A DNA stretch of 64,000 nt from Bdellovibrionales bacterium (lineage in GTDB: Bacteria > Bdellovibrionota > Bdellovibrionia > Bdellovibrionales > UBA1609), in assembly GCA_023299885.1 (NCBI GenBank), contig JALZUS010000002.1, positions 4,735 to 68,734 of the forward strand. The letters run 5' to 3'. Position numbers and translations under genes: made by a program. This document shows, one piece after another, positions 27,778-38,838 of the stretch. Numbering within the stretch: the first letter of the stretch is position 1; every line of letters starts with the position of its first letter. The notes under the pieces are model-generated. The model saw only the letters and a program-made list of their open reading frames with translations. It had not been told where the DNA came from and did no database searches.

Positions 27778-29385
27778 ATGAACACTTATGAATCTGATTT
27801 TTTAGTTATTGGCTCCGGATTATCGGGACTTTTTTGGGCATTAAAAGCGAGTGAACTTGGCAAGGTGACTATCATCACAAAAGCCGACACTTCAGAAGGC
27901 AATTCTTTATGGGCCCAAGGGGGAATTGCAGCGGTTGTTGAAAAAACAGATAGCTTTGAAAACCATACCCGAGACACACTAGTAGCTGGCGCAGGGCTAT
28001 GCAACGAAGCCGTTGTTAAGGCCATTATTGAAGATGGCCCGGCAAGAATTGTAGACCTTATCAATATGGGTGTCGAATTTGATACTGAAAAAATTAATAA
28101 CAAAAGCAGCGACGAGCTTAGCCTCCATAAAGAAGGCGGCCACTCTCACAGACGTATTCTACATATTGATGATACAACAGGCGCTGGAATTCATAAGGTT
28201 GTTTTAAAACGCGTCTTAGAAAATAAAAATATTAAAGTTATTGGGCATACTTTTGCTGTAGATTTAATTACCGCAAAACAATTGAACCCAAACTCGATAG
28301 AAGAAGACCGCTGTATTGGCTGCTATGCTCTTGATGCGAAAACCTCAGAGATATCTGCCTTTAAAGCAAAAGCAACAGTTATTGCCGCTGGTGGTGCTGG
28401 AAAAGTTTATCTTTATACCTCTAACTGGAGCGGCGCTACAGGCGATGGAATTGCCATGGCGAAAAGAGCTGGAGCTAGAATTGCTAACTTGGAGTTTATG
28501 CAATTTCACCCCACTTGCTTGTTTCATCCATCAGCCAGAAACTTTTTAATTTCTGAAGCCTTAAGAGGCGAAGGTGCAACTCTTCGCAATTATAAGGGCG
28601 AAGACTTTATGAAAAAGCATCATAAGCTCGGTAGCCTAGCTCCTCGCGATATAGTGGCTCGCTCAATAGATGCCGAAATGAAATCAACAGGTAAAGATAA
28701 TGTATTTTTAGATACTTCAAACCATCCAAAAGAGTTTTGGCAAGAGGGCTTTCCAGCTATTTATAACAAATGTAAAAGCTTAGGATTTTCTTTAGGTGAA
28801 GAGCAAATACCCGTGGTGCCTGCAGCCCATTACCTGTGCGGCGGTATACTTACAGATATTCATGGCCAAACAGATATTAAAGGTTTATTTGCTGTTGGTG
28901 AAAGTGCAGCCACAGGTTTGCACGGCGCTAATCGCCTCGCTTCAAATTCTTTACTAGAGTGTTTAGTTGTACCTCAAAAGTCAGTCGAATTTATTAAAGG
29001 TAATTTGGACAAGTACAATCAGCACGAAGGCGATGTACCAGCTCTTGATTTATCAGGCGAAGGAAAAGCTGATGAAGACGAGCTTATTGTTATTGCCCAC
29101 TTATGGGATGAAGTTAGGCGCCTTATGTGGAATTACGTAGGTATTGTTAGGTCTGATAAGCGATTAACTCGCGCTAAACACAGGCTGCAAAATATTTTAT
29201 CTGAATTTAATGATTATTATGCTGGCTATAATATGAATACTGATATTTTAGAATTACGTAATATCGCCATGCTTGCTGACCTTACTGTGGATTGCGCTCT
29301 AGAAAGAAAAGAATCTCGTGGTATTCATTTTAGTTTAGACTACCCAGAAACAAAAGAAGAGCTTTGTAAAGATACAATTATTTAA
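27778..29385 (+). CDS. nadB: L-aspartate oxidase
   Basis: 535-aa ORF with the FAD motif DFLVIGSGLSGL and NadB/succinate-dehydrogenase flavoprotein-like blocks (WAQGGIAAV, HPTCL, GGI.TD, GLHGANRLASNSLLE). Confidence 0.9.
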   Translation: MNTYESDFLVIGSGLSGLFWALKASELGKVTIITKADTSEGNSLWAQGGIAAVVEKTDSFENHTRDTLVAGAGLCNEAVVKAIIEDGPARIVDLINMGVEFDTEKINNKSSDELSLHKEGGHSHRRILHIDDTTGAGIHKVVLKRVLENKNIKVIGHTFAVDLITAKQLNPNSIEEDRCIGCYALDAKTSEISAFKAKATVIAAGGAGKVYLYTSNWSGATGDGIAMAKRAGARIANLEFMQFHPTCLFHPSARNFLISEALRGEGATLRNYKGEDFMKKHHKLGSLAPRDIVARSIDAEMKSTGKDNVFLDTSNHPKEFWQEGFPAIYNKCKSLGFSLGEEQIPVVPAAHYLCGGILTDIHGQTDIKGLFAVGESAATGLHGANRLASNSLLECLVVPQKSVEFIKGNLDKYNQHEGDVPALDLSGEGKADEDELIVIAHLWDEVRRLMWNYVGIVRSDKRLTRAKHRLQNILSEFNDYYAGYNMNTDILELRNIAMLADLTVDCALERKESRGIHFSLDYPETKEELCKDTII

Positions 29386-29401
29386 TACTCACTCTAAATA
29401 C

Positions 29402-29767
29402 CTAAGAATTTTTTAAAGTATTTATAAGCTCCTCAGCATTAAAAGGCTTTTGAACATGACCTACGCAGCCAGCGTCTTTAGCTTTATCAGCTAACAAGTC
29501 TTTATCTAATGTTGAGCAAGATATAATTTTAATACCTGGATTTTCTGCTAAAATTTCTTGAGCCGCCTGAATGCCGCTTTTTTGTGGCATAACTATATCC
29601 ATTAAAATAATGTCAGGTTTAAGACTGCTAGCTTTGGCAATTGCATCCACACCATTTTCAGCCTCACCAATAGTTTCTATGATTTCATCTTTAGCAACAA
29701 TATGTTTTACAATCTCACGAATAAATGGCGCATCATCAACTATTAGTAATTTCTTTTTGTCTGACAT
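29402..29767 (-). CDS. Single-domain response regulator (CheY-like receiver)
   Basis: 121-aa ORF with acidic pocket LIVDDAP, phospho-acceptor ILMDIVMP and conserved Lys in VQKPF. There is no output domain and no adjacent kinase. Confidence 0.88.
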   Translation of the reverse strand: MSDKKKLLIVDDAPFIREIVKHIVAKDEIIETIGEAENGVDAIAKASSLKPDIILMDIVMPQKSGIQAAQEILAENPGIKIISCSTLDKDLLADKAKDAGCVGHVQKPFNAEELINTLKNS

Positions 29768-29829
29768 AAAGACCTTGTCGGCTGTTTATTATATTTACTC
29801 CAACTATGACTTATTTTGATAGCTAGACC

Positions 29830-29965
29830 TAGGGCTCAGTAAAGCCTATGAACAGCGGACACAACGCAGTGTTTCGCAACCAGCTGCCTGGTACCTTTTT
29901 GCGAAACGTTGCGGCAAATGGGGCTTTGATATAAAAAAAGCCGCGGGGCTAACGCGGCTTTTTTA
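29830..29965 (+). ncRNA. Candidate structured small RNA (unknown family)
   Basis: A GC-rich island in an AT-rich intergenic region. A 15-bp stem pairs 29865-29879 with 29899-29913 and includes two G.U pairs (29869/29909 and 29870/29908) that form only in a plus-strand transcript. The apical mini-hairpin is CCAG-ctgc-CTGG (29880-29891). The outer stem pairs AAAGCC 29841-29846 with GGCTTT 29922-29927. A hairpin plus T6AT5 follows at 29940-29970. I found no convincing promoter. Confidence 0.25.
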
Positions 29966-29995
29966 TTTTTGAGCGGTTTTGATAACCGCCCTTTA
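29940..29995. terminator. Tandem hairpins downstream of groEL; the distal one is a bidirectional rho-independent terminator
   Basis: GCCGCG (29940-29945), loop gggctaa, CGCGGC (29953-29958), flanked by A7 on the left and T6AT5 on the right. A second hairpin, GCGGTT (29973-29978) / AACCGC (29984-29989), lies just after the groEL stop at 30015. Confidence 0.8.
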
Positions 29996-30014
29996 AATTT
30001 TAAATCCTTGTGGA

Positions 30015-31685
<1,671 letters not shown>

Positions 31686-31979
31686 TTAGTTGAAAATTCC
31701 GAGAACGTCTTCTTCTCTCATCATTAGTAACTCTTCGCCATCAAGCTTAAGTTCTGTACCTGCATACTTACCAAATAAAATTTTATCGCCAGCCTTTACT
31801 TCTAATGGCAAAGATTTACCTTCGTCAGTCATACGACCATTTCCAGTAGCTACGATTTCACCTTGTTGTGGTTTTTCTTTAGCTGAATCAGGGATAAATA
31901 ACCCGCCAGCAGTTTTTTGATCTTCAGTCATTCTTCTTACCAAAATACGGTCGTGAAGTGGTCGAACATTGATACCCAT
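31686..31979 (-). CDS. groS: Co-chaperonin GroES
   Basis: 97-aa ORF; [13 protein letters not shown] ... [26 protein letters not shown] is typical GroES. It lies 12 nt upstream of groEL. Confidence 0.97.
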   Translation of the reverse strand: MGINVRPLHDRILVRRMTEDQKTAGGLFIPDSAKEKPQQGEIVATGNGRMTDEGKSLPLEVKAGDKILFGKYAGTELKLDGEELLMMREEDVLGIFN

Positions 31980-32061
31980 AAGATACCTCCTATATATTTA
32001 GTCATGACAGGAGCCCCAAGCCAATAGAGACTTATAGAGCGCCCGTGTTAATTTAGACCTA

Positions 32062-32090
32062 ATATGGAACATCTTTGCGGATAAGCAAGG
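32062..32090 (-). promoter_or_regulatory. Sigma32-like heat-shock promoter candidate for groESL
   Basis: The minus strand reads CACCTTGCTT-atccgcaaagatg-TTCCATATT, which resembles CTTGAA-N13-16-CCCCATNT. It lies about 85 nt upstream of the groES ATG. No CIRCE (TTAGCACTC-N9-GAGTGCTAA) is present in 31980-32096. Confidence 0.35.
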
Positions 32091-32096
32091 TGCACT

Positions 32097-32645
32097 TTAA
32101 TTTTTTATAATATTTTCTGTCATAACAGAGTCTGATGCTGAGCTAACTTCTTTAAATCTTTCAGGATTTGAGCTTAGATCAGCCCTGGGAAGCTCTAATT
32201 TAGAGCTCAGGTAAAGTTCAGCTAATTTTTTAATAGCCTCAGGTTTAATGTTTTCAGACCAGTCCCTTAAAGACTCAGGGTCTAAAGAACTCACATAAAC
32301 TGTAAGGTATTGATCGTAAGTAAAACTTTTAGCATCTTCCATCTCAGCTTCAGCTAAAGCCTTCTCAGCTTCTAACTCAATAATTGCGTCTTTACGTTCT
32401 TGAGCTAATGCCGACCTCTGATCTTCGCTTCCTAAGCTTTGAGCAGCGTCTTCAAACTTATTAGACTTCATTGCTAAAATAGTATTTGTGATTTGCGAGA
32501 ACTTATTTTGAGCCGCTACATAAACATGCTTTTTCCACATTTCATAAGTATATGGACCTTCGCTAGTTATCTCTAAACTAGTCGATGCCACAGCCATAGT
32601 AGAGGCTGAAGTGATAAGTAATAATGTCAAAATAACGTGCTTCAT
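32097..32645 (-). CDS. Secreted hypothetical protein
   Basis: 182-aa ORF with a signal peptide (MKHVILTLLLITSASTMAVA) and an Ala/Glu-rich helical middle. I recognise no domain. Confidence 0.6.
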   Translation of the reverse strand: MKHVILTLLLITSASTMAVASTSLEITSEGPYTYEMWKKHVYVAAQNKFSQITNTILAMKSNKFEDAAQSLGSEDQRSALAQERKDAIIELEAEKALAEAEMEDAKSFTYDQYLTVYVSSLDPESLRDWSENIKPEAIKKLAELYLSSKLELPRADLSSNPERFKEVSSASDSVMTENIIKN

Positions 32646-32693
32646 ACCTATTTATATATCAACTATTATGCCAACCTTATTGGGCCCTGAACC

Positions 32694-34025
32694 TTGATGA
32701 GCCATCAGAGTATGCTATTTATTCAACAGTGTTGCCACATATTGGCACTTTTTGAGCAACCTGAGAGGTTCGGGGGAACATTGTCTACAGTCTTAATTCT
32801 ATCCTGTTTAATGAGTGCTCTATTTGTATGGGCCCTTATCTCTACTATCTTTTGGGTTTTATCAGCAAAAAAGGCCAATCACTCAAGCGAGCAAACAGGC
32901 CTGTTAACAACTCAAATCAAACAGCTCGAGGCCGAAAAAGCCTCTCTTCTTACAGCTCAAAGCAATAAAAAAGATATAGAAGAAAGTTTTAAAGGAGCGG
33001 CTCAGCTAGCCTTTGAGAGCACCTCAGAAAAGCTCTTTCGTATGGCTCAAAGTGGCCTAGAAGGGCAACTCACACAAGGGCAAAAATCCTTTGAGCAGCT
33101 CTTGCAGCCACTTAAAGAAAACTTAAAACATTATCAAGAGCTCAGCCAAGGCTTTGAAAAAGACCGCCAAAAAGTTTTTGGCAGCCTAGAGAGCCAAATT
33201 AAAAAAGTAGCTGAAGCCACTTATAGCCTTAGTCATGAAACCACAGCCCTAACATCGGCCTTAAAAAAACCTAATGTCCGCGGGCGCTGGGGCGAGCTAC
33301 AATTAAAAAACTGTATCGAGCTTGCAGGCATGTCAGAGTATTCAGACGTTAGCTTTCAAGACCAGTACAGAGAAGAAGGCAGCAATACACTCATACCTGA
33401 TATGACCGTTAAAATGCCTGGTGGCCGACAAGTTATTGTTGATGCTAAAACGCCGCTAGACGCTTTCTTAAGCTCTTTAGAGGCCACTAACGACTTAGAG
33501 AAAAAACAAAACCTTGAGCGACATGGCAAGCATCTCAAAGACCATGTTAAAAAACTTTCAGCAAAAGATTATGGTAAAAACATCCCTAACTCTGCTGACT
33601 TTACAGTTATGTTTTTACCAAACGAGTCCTTCTTATATGCAGCCCTAGAAACTCAGCCGGATATCGTTGAGTTTGCTTTACAGAAAAAAGTTTTAATTGC
33701 GACGCCACCTACTTTTATTGGTTTGCTTAAGGTGATTGGCTTTGGCTGGAACGAAGAAAAGCTAGCTCAAAATGCACAAAAAATTTCTGAAGTCGGGATA
33801 GAGCTCCACAAACGCATGAGTGACTTTTTAGAAGCTTATGAAAAGGTAGGTCTTAATTTAGATAAAGCCCAAAAACAGTATGACATGGGTTTACAAAGGA
33901 TTAAAAGCCGTATCTTGCCCCAAGCTACTAAGCTTGAAACCTTGGGCGCTAAAAGTAAAAAAGATTTTGTCATTAAGAGTGATACAGCTTTAGAAACTAA
34001 TTCTGATACTAATTTGCTGGAGTAA
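32694..34025 (+). CDS. rmuC: DNA recombination protein RmuC
   Basis: 443-aa ORF with an N-terminal TM helix, a coiled coil and then the RmuC nuclease-like core (RGRWGELQLKNCIELAGM ... PDMTVKMPGGRQVIVDAKTPLDAFL ... FTVMFLPNESF). The true start is probably downstream of 32694, just before the TM helix, and remains uncertain. Confidence 0.85.
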   Translation: MMSHQSMLFIQQCCHILALFEQPERFGGTLSTVLILSCLMSALFVWALISTIFWVLSAKKANHSSEQTGLLTTQIKQLEAEKASLLTAQSNKKDIEESFKGAAQLAFESTSEKLFRMAQSGLEGQLTQGQKSFEQLLQPLKENLKHYQELSQGFEKDRQKVFGSLESQIKKVAEATYSLSHETTALTSALKKPNVRGRWGELQLKNCIELAGMSEYSDVSFQDQYREEGSNTLIPDMTVKMPGGRQVIVDAKTPLDAFLSSLEATNDLEKKQNLERHGKHLKDHVKKLSAKDYGKNIPNSADFTVMFLPNESFLYAALETQPDIVEFALQKKVLIATPPTFIGLLKVIGFGWNEEKLAQNAQKISEVGIELHKRMSDFLEAYEKVGLNLDKAQKQYDMGLQRIKSRILPQATKLETLGAKSKKDFVIKSDTALETNSDTNLLE

Positions 34026-35778
34026 TCAGCTCTGGATTAAGAGTATGCACCATAAAAATAGCTTCAATAGTGGCCTCAAGCTCTTTTACCTTTGGGCTTT
34101 CATAATCTTGGTCAACACTAATGCCTTCAGATTTTAAGTACTCTACAGCTTGGATTTCTTTTAAATCTACAACTTGTGCAAACCAATCCTGCCACTGCTG
34201 CTGCTGGTAATCTGTTAAGCTATTTGCATCTATACCATTTACTAAAGATTTAAAGTTAGAATTAAAATTAGGATCTGCTACAAATTCTTGAGGGCTATCT
34301 GTAGGAACACTTCCAACCACCTGAACAATTGCAGCTGGTGAAGAAGCCGGCGCTACATCCACGTTACTCCCACTAAGGCCAAACCAGCTGGCTCCGCCTA
34401 GGGTCGATACACCTAAAAATAAAATAGACACGCCTTTTACTTTTTTAAGAAAAGTTGGGTACTTTAAAGCTATTGTCGGCAAACTTAAAAACTTTTTCTC
34501 AGCTTTTTTTATACTTTCACTTGTGCTGATCGTATGGCGACCTTCACCGTATAAGCCTACAGCTTTTTCAGCATGGGCTACTAAACCAAACCATGGGTTA
34601 GCTCTTTCTGCTTTAATGCTTGATGCGTAATACCAGCTTTCAGCTTGCTCTAACTCTTTATAAGTTGATAAACCAAATTCTTCATTTTTGCTTTTTTCTT
34701 TGTAGCCCCTATAAAGACTTACAATATCTGAAGCCATAGACTCAGGGTTTATCGCCGCTTCTTTTTCAAGAAGTGATAGAGCCGAATGATCTTCAAAAGA
34801 TAAGCCTTCAATTGTTTCTACTAAAATATCTAACTGCTCTAAAGACTCATATACACTAGCGTTAAGGCCTTCAAAATCGCCACGGTCTACCTGAAAACCA
34901 GTACCTTTAATTTCTTCAGCATAAGTGAGCTGGGTGCTCGCTTCTTTTTTAAGAACCTGCTTTAAAGACATCACAAGCTTAGCTTTTTGTGACTTTCCTG
35001 ATTCTTCTTTTTTAAGGGCTTTTTTAACAGAAGACCTTTTTTTAACTTCTTTAAAGGTTTTTTTATGGGTTGTTTTTAATAAGTCAGTGCCATCTTCTAA
35101 AAAAGAAACTTGAGTGAGTGTTACCTCACTTTGACCCGCAGCTATATTATCAATAGCTGTTTGCAAGTTGATTGAATTGAATTCATAGATTGCAATTTTT
35201 TCTATCCAGTTTTTTCTTAATTTAGCTTCTTTACCTAAAACCACCATAGAGTCTTCAAATAAAGAAAATCCAGAAAGATCTGTGCCTTCATTAACTGCAG
35301 TTGGCTTTAAAAGCTCTGTGTATTTATTAATAAATGAGGGCTTATCAGCATCTAGCGCCATAATATAATTTTCAACAATTGAAGCTGCTTTAACATAAGG
35401 ACTTAAATAAACGCCCCTAGTATCATTAATACCCTGCTTACCTCTTTTGTTTTTTCTATTTACTTTCCACTTAAAAACACCTGCATTAAGTACATGGGTT
35501 AAAATCCTTGTGTATTTTTGTAACCCATAACTAGGCAAAGTCTCTTTATACACACTTGCTTCTTTAAAAATTTTTGTACTTTCTAATATCTTACCAATTT
35601 CATTGTTTCTTTGTTTAGATGATAAATTAGGAGACAAAGCATTTATACTTGTTAAAGCAATAGTACATGACGAGGCCTTGCCTTCAGCCTTAGCCACAGA
35701 TACAACACTCCCCAATGTAAGGGCAGTTAAAATAAGAAATTTATATATAAGTTTAATCATCAACAGATTAATATACAT
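34009..35778 (-). CDS. Large hypothetical secreted/membrane protein
   Basis: 589-aa ORF with an N-terminal signal sequence (FLILTALTLGSVVSVAKA) and one predicted TM helix near aa 445-465 (VSILFLGVSTLGGASWFGL). I recognise no domain. Its 3' end overlaps the rmuC 3' end by 17 nt. Confidence 0.6.
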   Translation of the reverse strand: MYINLLMIKLIYKFLILTALTLGSVVSVAKAEGKASSCTIALTSINALSPNLSSKQRNNEIGKILESTKIFKEASVYKETLPSYGLQKYTRILTHVLNAGVFKWKVNRKNKRGKQGINDTRGVYLSPYVKAASIVENYIMALDADKPSFINKYTELLKPTAVNEGTDLSGFSLFEDSMVVLGKEAKLRKNWIEKIAIYEFNSINLQTAIDNIAAGQSEVTLTQVSFLEDGTDLLKTTHKKTFKEVKKRSSVKKALKKEESGKSQKAKLVMSLKQVLKKEASTQLTYAEEIKGTGFQVDRGDFEGLNASVYESLEQLDILVETIEGLSFEDHSALSLLEKEAAINPESMASDIVSLYRGYKEKSKNEEFGLSTYKELEQAESWYYASSIKAERANPWFGLVAHAEKAVGLYGEGRHTISTSESIKKAEKKFLSLPTIALKYPTFLKKVKGVSILFLGVSTLGGASWFGLSGSNVDVAPASSPAAIVQVVGSVPTDSPQEFVADPNFNSNFKSLVNGIDANSLTDYQQQQWQDWFAQVVDLKEIQAVEYLKSEGISVDQDYESPKVKELEATIEAIFMVHTLNPELITPAN

Positions 35779-35908
35779 ATATTATGCCAAGTTATGCTTT
35801 CTTTAGGTTTGTTTTATATTAATAAAATTAGCTACTTAGCTGCGCAACACTAGCGCAGCAGTTTACTGCACTCCCCATAAGACAAAATACGCTTAATTTA
35901 TTTTACAC

Positions 35909-37984
35909 TTAAAAGCCTGCAGGAGGCTGGTTAAGGATAGCTCCGGACTGCCCGATTCCACCAAGCTCTAACTCAGAGCTTCGTAAAAAATCTTCTGAAA
36001 CAATTTTTACCGAATAACCTGAACGACCCCCGGCCACACATCCACCCCTAACAGGTGGGATAGATCCGTCAGCAGCCCTTTCAAAATAGGGCTCGGCATC
36101 TAAACATTTACCAAAAGATGTTTCTGTTGGCTCTGCCGTGTATTCTAAAACTGAATCTTGCTGTACCCAAGATGTTAACAAGTGAGCCATGTCTCTTACA
36201 AAATAAAAAGCCTCTGGCCTATGATATTTATTTCCAGCATTAAATTGGTCACGAATGGATCTCATTTCAGAGCCCCTCGATCCTAAGTCACCGCGCACAG
36301 GCACATCTGCTGGGATATTTAAAGCCGCCTTATTAGCCTGTATTCTTGACCCATAGTTAACCCAATAGTCAGGGTCTATAGAGTAATAACTGATATCAAA
36401 TAAGTCAGGAGAAATAGCTGCTAACTCAAACTCTCTAGATGGAGAAACTTGGTTAGCGTCATAATCCCAAGGCAATGGGTCATTAAGGCCATTCACCTCA
36501 TAATCATTATAAGAAAAAAAGTATTGTCGTCTTTGGCCGCCAAAAGAGTTAAATGAATTATTAGCTCCGTTAGTTAAAGCCCCTTGAGCCAACTGCGAAG
36601 CCAAGCCCACTTCATCACCAGGATACTTTGAGTAATTGGGCAACCTTGTATAATCATTAAGGCTTGGAGTGGCTCCAGTAAAACGGGAACCCACTAATGC
36701 ATCTATAGGGTCTCCAGTAGATATCTCTGAACTGTTGGGCCATACTCTGCCAAACGTAGGGCCGATACTGCCACCAAAAGGTTTTGCAAAAGCTTTTGCC
36801 GTAATTGTTATTGGGTCTCCAAAGGGGTGAAAAATTTGCCTCGATTGAGTTGTTGCTTTCACCCCAACATAACCCATGTACCAAGGGTTTTTTTCAAGTC
36901 CCAAGGCCATTTGCAGGTAATAACCTTCTGCACCCACTTGGTTAATTGGAAAAGTTGCAGTAGCCAAAGCTTTGATATCATTAAGCCTAAGCTCATTATT
37001 AATAAAATCTAAATCATCTCCAGCACTACCAGATGGAGAAACCGGATCTTCTTGGTAGGGTTTAATTTCAGAGTCACATGCAGAACTTGTAGAAAACTGA
37101 TCCATATATCTTATGTTTGGCTGAGTAAAAATAGGTTTAAGCCATTGCCCAGCGCTCAAACCAGCAAAAGAGTTAAACATCTCTATTTGAGGCTCAGCCG
37201 TTGCAGTATTAGAATAGGTTAAGTTTTTATTAATAACTTTTGTAACACCCTCTAAGGCAGACTGACCATTAAGGTCTATAAAGCTTCCATTTCCATCACC
37301 ACTCAAATTATTCGCTAAAGCATCTATCACTTTCCTTCTATTGCCTTGATCTAGCCTAAACGATTGCATAACGGCATGTGTGTACCACCAGTTCCATATT
37401 CCTTGAGACGAACAAGAACTATCAAATTGTTGTCGTCTTAAAATAGATTGCTGGTTTAAAATCACTGCAATAGGAAGCCATGGCGCCACAACAGGAACAA
37501 CATCAAACTTTTCAATTCTTTGTGCTTCTTTATTTTTACATAAACTTTGCTCCTGATTAATATCAGTAAAAGTGGGGCCATAACCGATACATACTGCCGG
37601 CTGATTCACAGCATCGACACTAGTCCCCAAACCCGCACCTCGATAAATTTGAGCCTCACTGATTTGCCCTGATCGGGTTGGATGCAATTCTGGCTGCTCA
37701 TAACCTTGTGAGCCTAAAACCCTTGATCGCCAAGTTAATAATTTCCAACCTTGCCTAATTTGATAATTTTGATGAGCTATCGCGTTTAAAACTTCTGCCT
37801 GTCTTTGAGCCGCATAATAGGCCGCCAAGTCGACAGAGTTTTGTAAATTGATTTTATCATGGACAATTAAAGCGACATTAATCGACATAGCAAAAAATAC
37901 AAATAAGACCTGAAAAATTAAAGCAACAAAAATAGCCATTTGCCCTTTTTCAGATTTAATTTTTTTTAATGAGTAGTTCTTCAC
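35909..37984 (-). CDS. TadG/TadE-like N-terminal domain protein (pilus-assembly-like), orphan
   Basis: 691-aa ORF. The N-terminus EKGQMAIFVALIFQVLFVFFAMSINVALIVHDKINLQNSVDLAAYYAA matches the Flp-pilus TadE/G-like pattern (hydrophobic segment ... LQ.A.DAAALAAA). I do not recognise the remaining 620 aa or so. No other tad/cpa genes are nearby. Confidence 0.6.
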   Translation of the reverse strand: MKNYSLKKIKSEKGQMAIFVALIFQVLFVFFAMSINVALIVHDKINLQNSVDLAAYYAAQRQAEVLNAIAHQNYQIRQGWKLLTWRSRVLGSQGYEQPELHPTRSGQISEAQIYRGAGLGTSVDAVNQPAVCIGYGPTFTDINQEQSLCKNKEAQRIEKFDVVPVVAPWLPIAVILNQQSILRRQQFDSSCSSQGIWNWWYTHAVMQSFRLDQGNRRKVIDALANNLSGDGNGSFIDLNGQSALEGVTKVINKNLTYSNTATAEPQIEMFNSFAGLSAGQWLKPIFTQPNIRYMDQFSTSSACDSEIKPYQEDPVSPSGSAGDDLDFINNELRLNDIKALATATFPINQVGAEGYYLQMALGLEKNPWYMGYVGVKATTQSRQIFHPFGDPITITAKAFAKPFGGSIGPTFGRVWPNSSEISTGDPIDALVGSRFTGATPSLNDYTRLPNYSKYPGDEVGLASQLAQGALTNGANNSFNSFGGQRRQYFFSYNDYEVNGLNDPLPWDYDANQVSPSREFELAAISPDLFDISYYSIDPDYWVNYGSRIQANKAALNIPADVPVRGDLGSRGSEMRSIRDQFNAGNKYHRPEAFYFVRDMAHLLTSWVQQDSVLEYTAEPTETSFGKCLDAEPYFERAADGSIPPVRGGCVAGGRSGYSVKIVSEDFLRSSELELGGIGQSGAILNQPPAGF

Positions 37985-38067
37985 AAAGACTATTATAGGT
38001 AGGTCTGTTTGAGTTATTCAAACTGTTTTTAATTGTTAATTCACAAAATTAAACTTACTATTTCTTT

Positions 38068-38838
38068 ATGTTTAAAAGCTTGCTGCTAACCTTAAGTCTA
38101 GTGCTCTTCTCATCAGTGAGTTTTGCTGAAAATAATATTTTATTTGAAGGCTACTATCAGCTCTTTCATGATGGGCAACCTATCGGCTGGTCTGTCGAGC
38201 GCTTTTATTTTGATAATGAAAATAAAAACTATACTCAGCTCTCTTTTACTAAAGCTGAGTATTTAGGGAAAAACTATTCGGAAAAGATCAGAGCTACAGC
38301 CTCTGAAAGCTTTACACCCCTTTCGCTGCACTATGAAGCCCTTGAAAGTAAAAATAAAAAAATTATTAAGGCTACTGTCACAAATAACCAAATAAATATA
38401 ACTACAACAACAAACAGTAAAAATAAAAAAACAACTAAAAATCTCAAAAAAGGATCTTTCTTTTCAAGCTTTTTAAAAATGATGCTTCTTAATAATAAAA
38501 TAGAACTTAATAAAAAAATGAACTATCAAATTTTACTAGAAGAAACTGCCAAAACTCTCAAAGGCAAATCTATTGCTACAGAAAAGATAAAAACCAAAGG
38601 GCAATGGACTTATAAGGTTTATACACAAATAGCGGACTCTTCGATGACTTTCTATATTAATAAAAAAGGTGAAATCCTTAAAGCCGAGCAACCGCAGCTT
38701 CATCTTTCATCAATTTTACAAAAAGACCTTTCATCAAAAATTAGACAAAACCTTTGGAGTGATAGCGACCTTAAAAATTGGTTCGGCAATATCCCTTTAG
38801 GAAAAATCAATAGCCTCAATAAAAAAGGACTAAAATAA
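38068..38838 (+). CDS. Secreted hypothetical protein, translationally abutted to the ABC permease genes
   Basis: 256-aa ORF with a signal peptide (LLLTLSLVLFSSVSFA), Asn/Lys-rich. Its stop TAA (38836-38838) is directly followed by the permease ATG at 38839. Confidence 0.6.
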   Translation: MFKSLLLTLSLVLFSSVSFAENNILFEGYYQLFHDGQPIGWSVERFYFDNENKNYTQLSFTKAEYLGKNYSEKIRATASESFTPLSLHYEALESKNKKIIKATVTNNQINITTTTNSKNKKTTKNLKKGSFFSSFLKMMLLNNKIELNKKMNYQILLEETAKTLKGKSIATEKIKTKGQWTYKVYTQIADSSMTFYINKKGEILKAEQPQLHLSSILQKDLSSKIRQNLWSDSDLKNWFGNIPLGKINSLNKKGLK

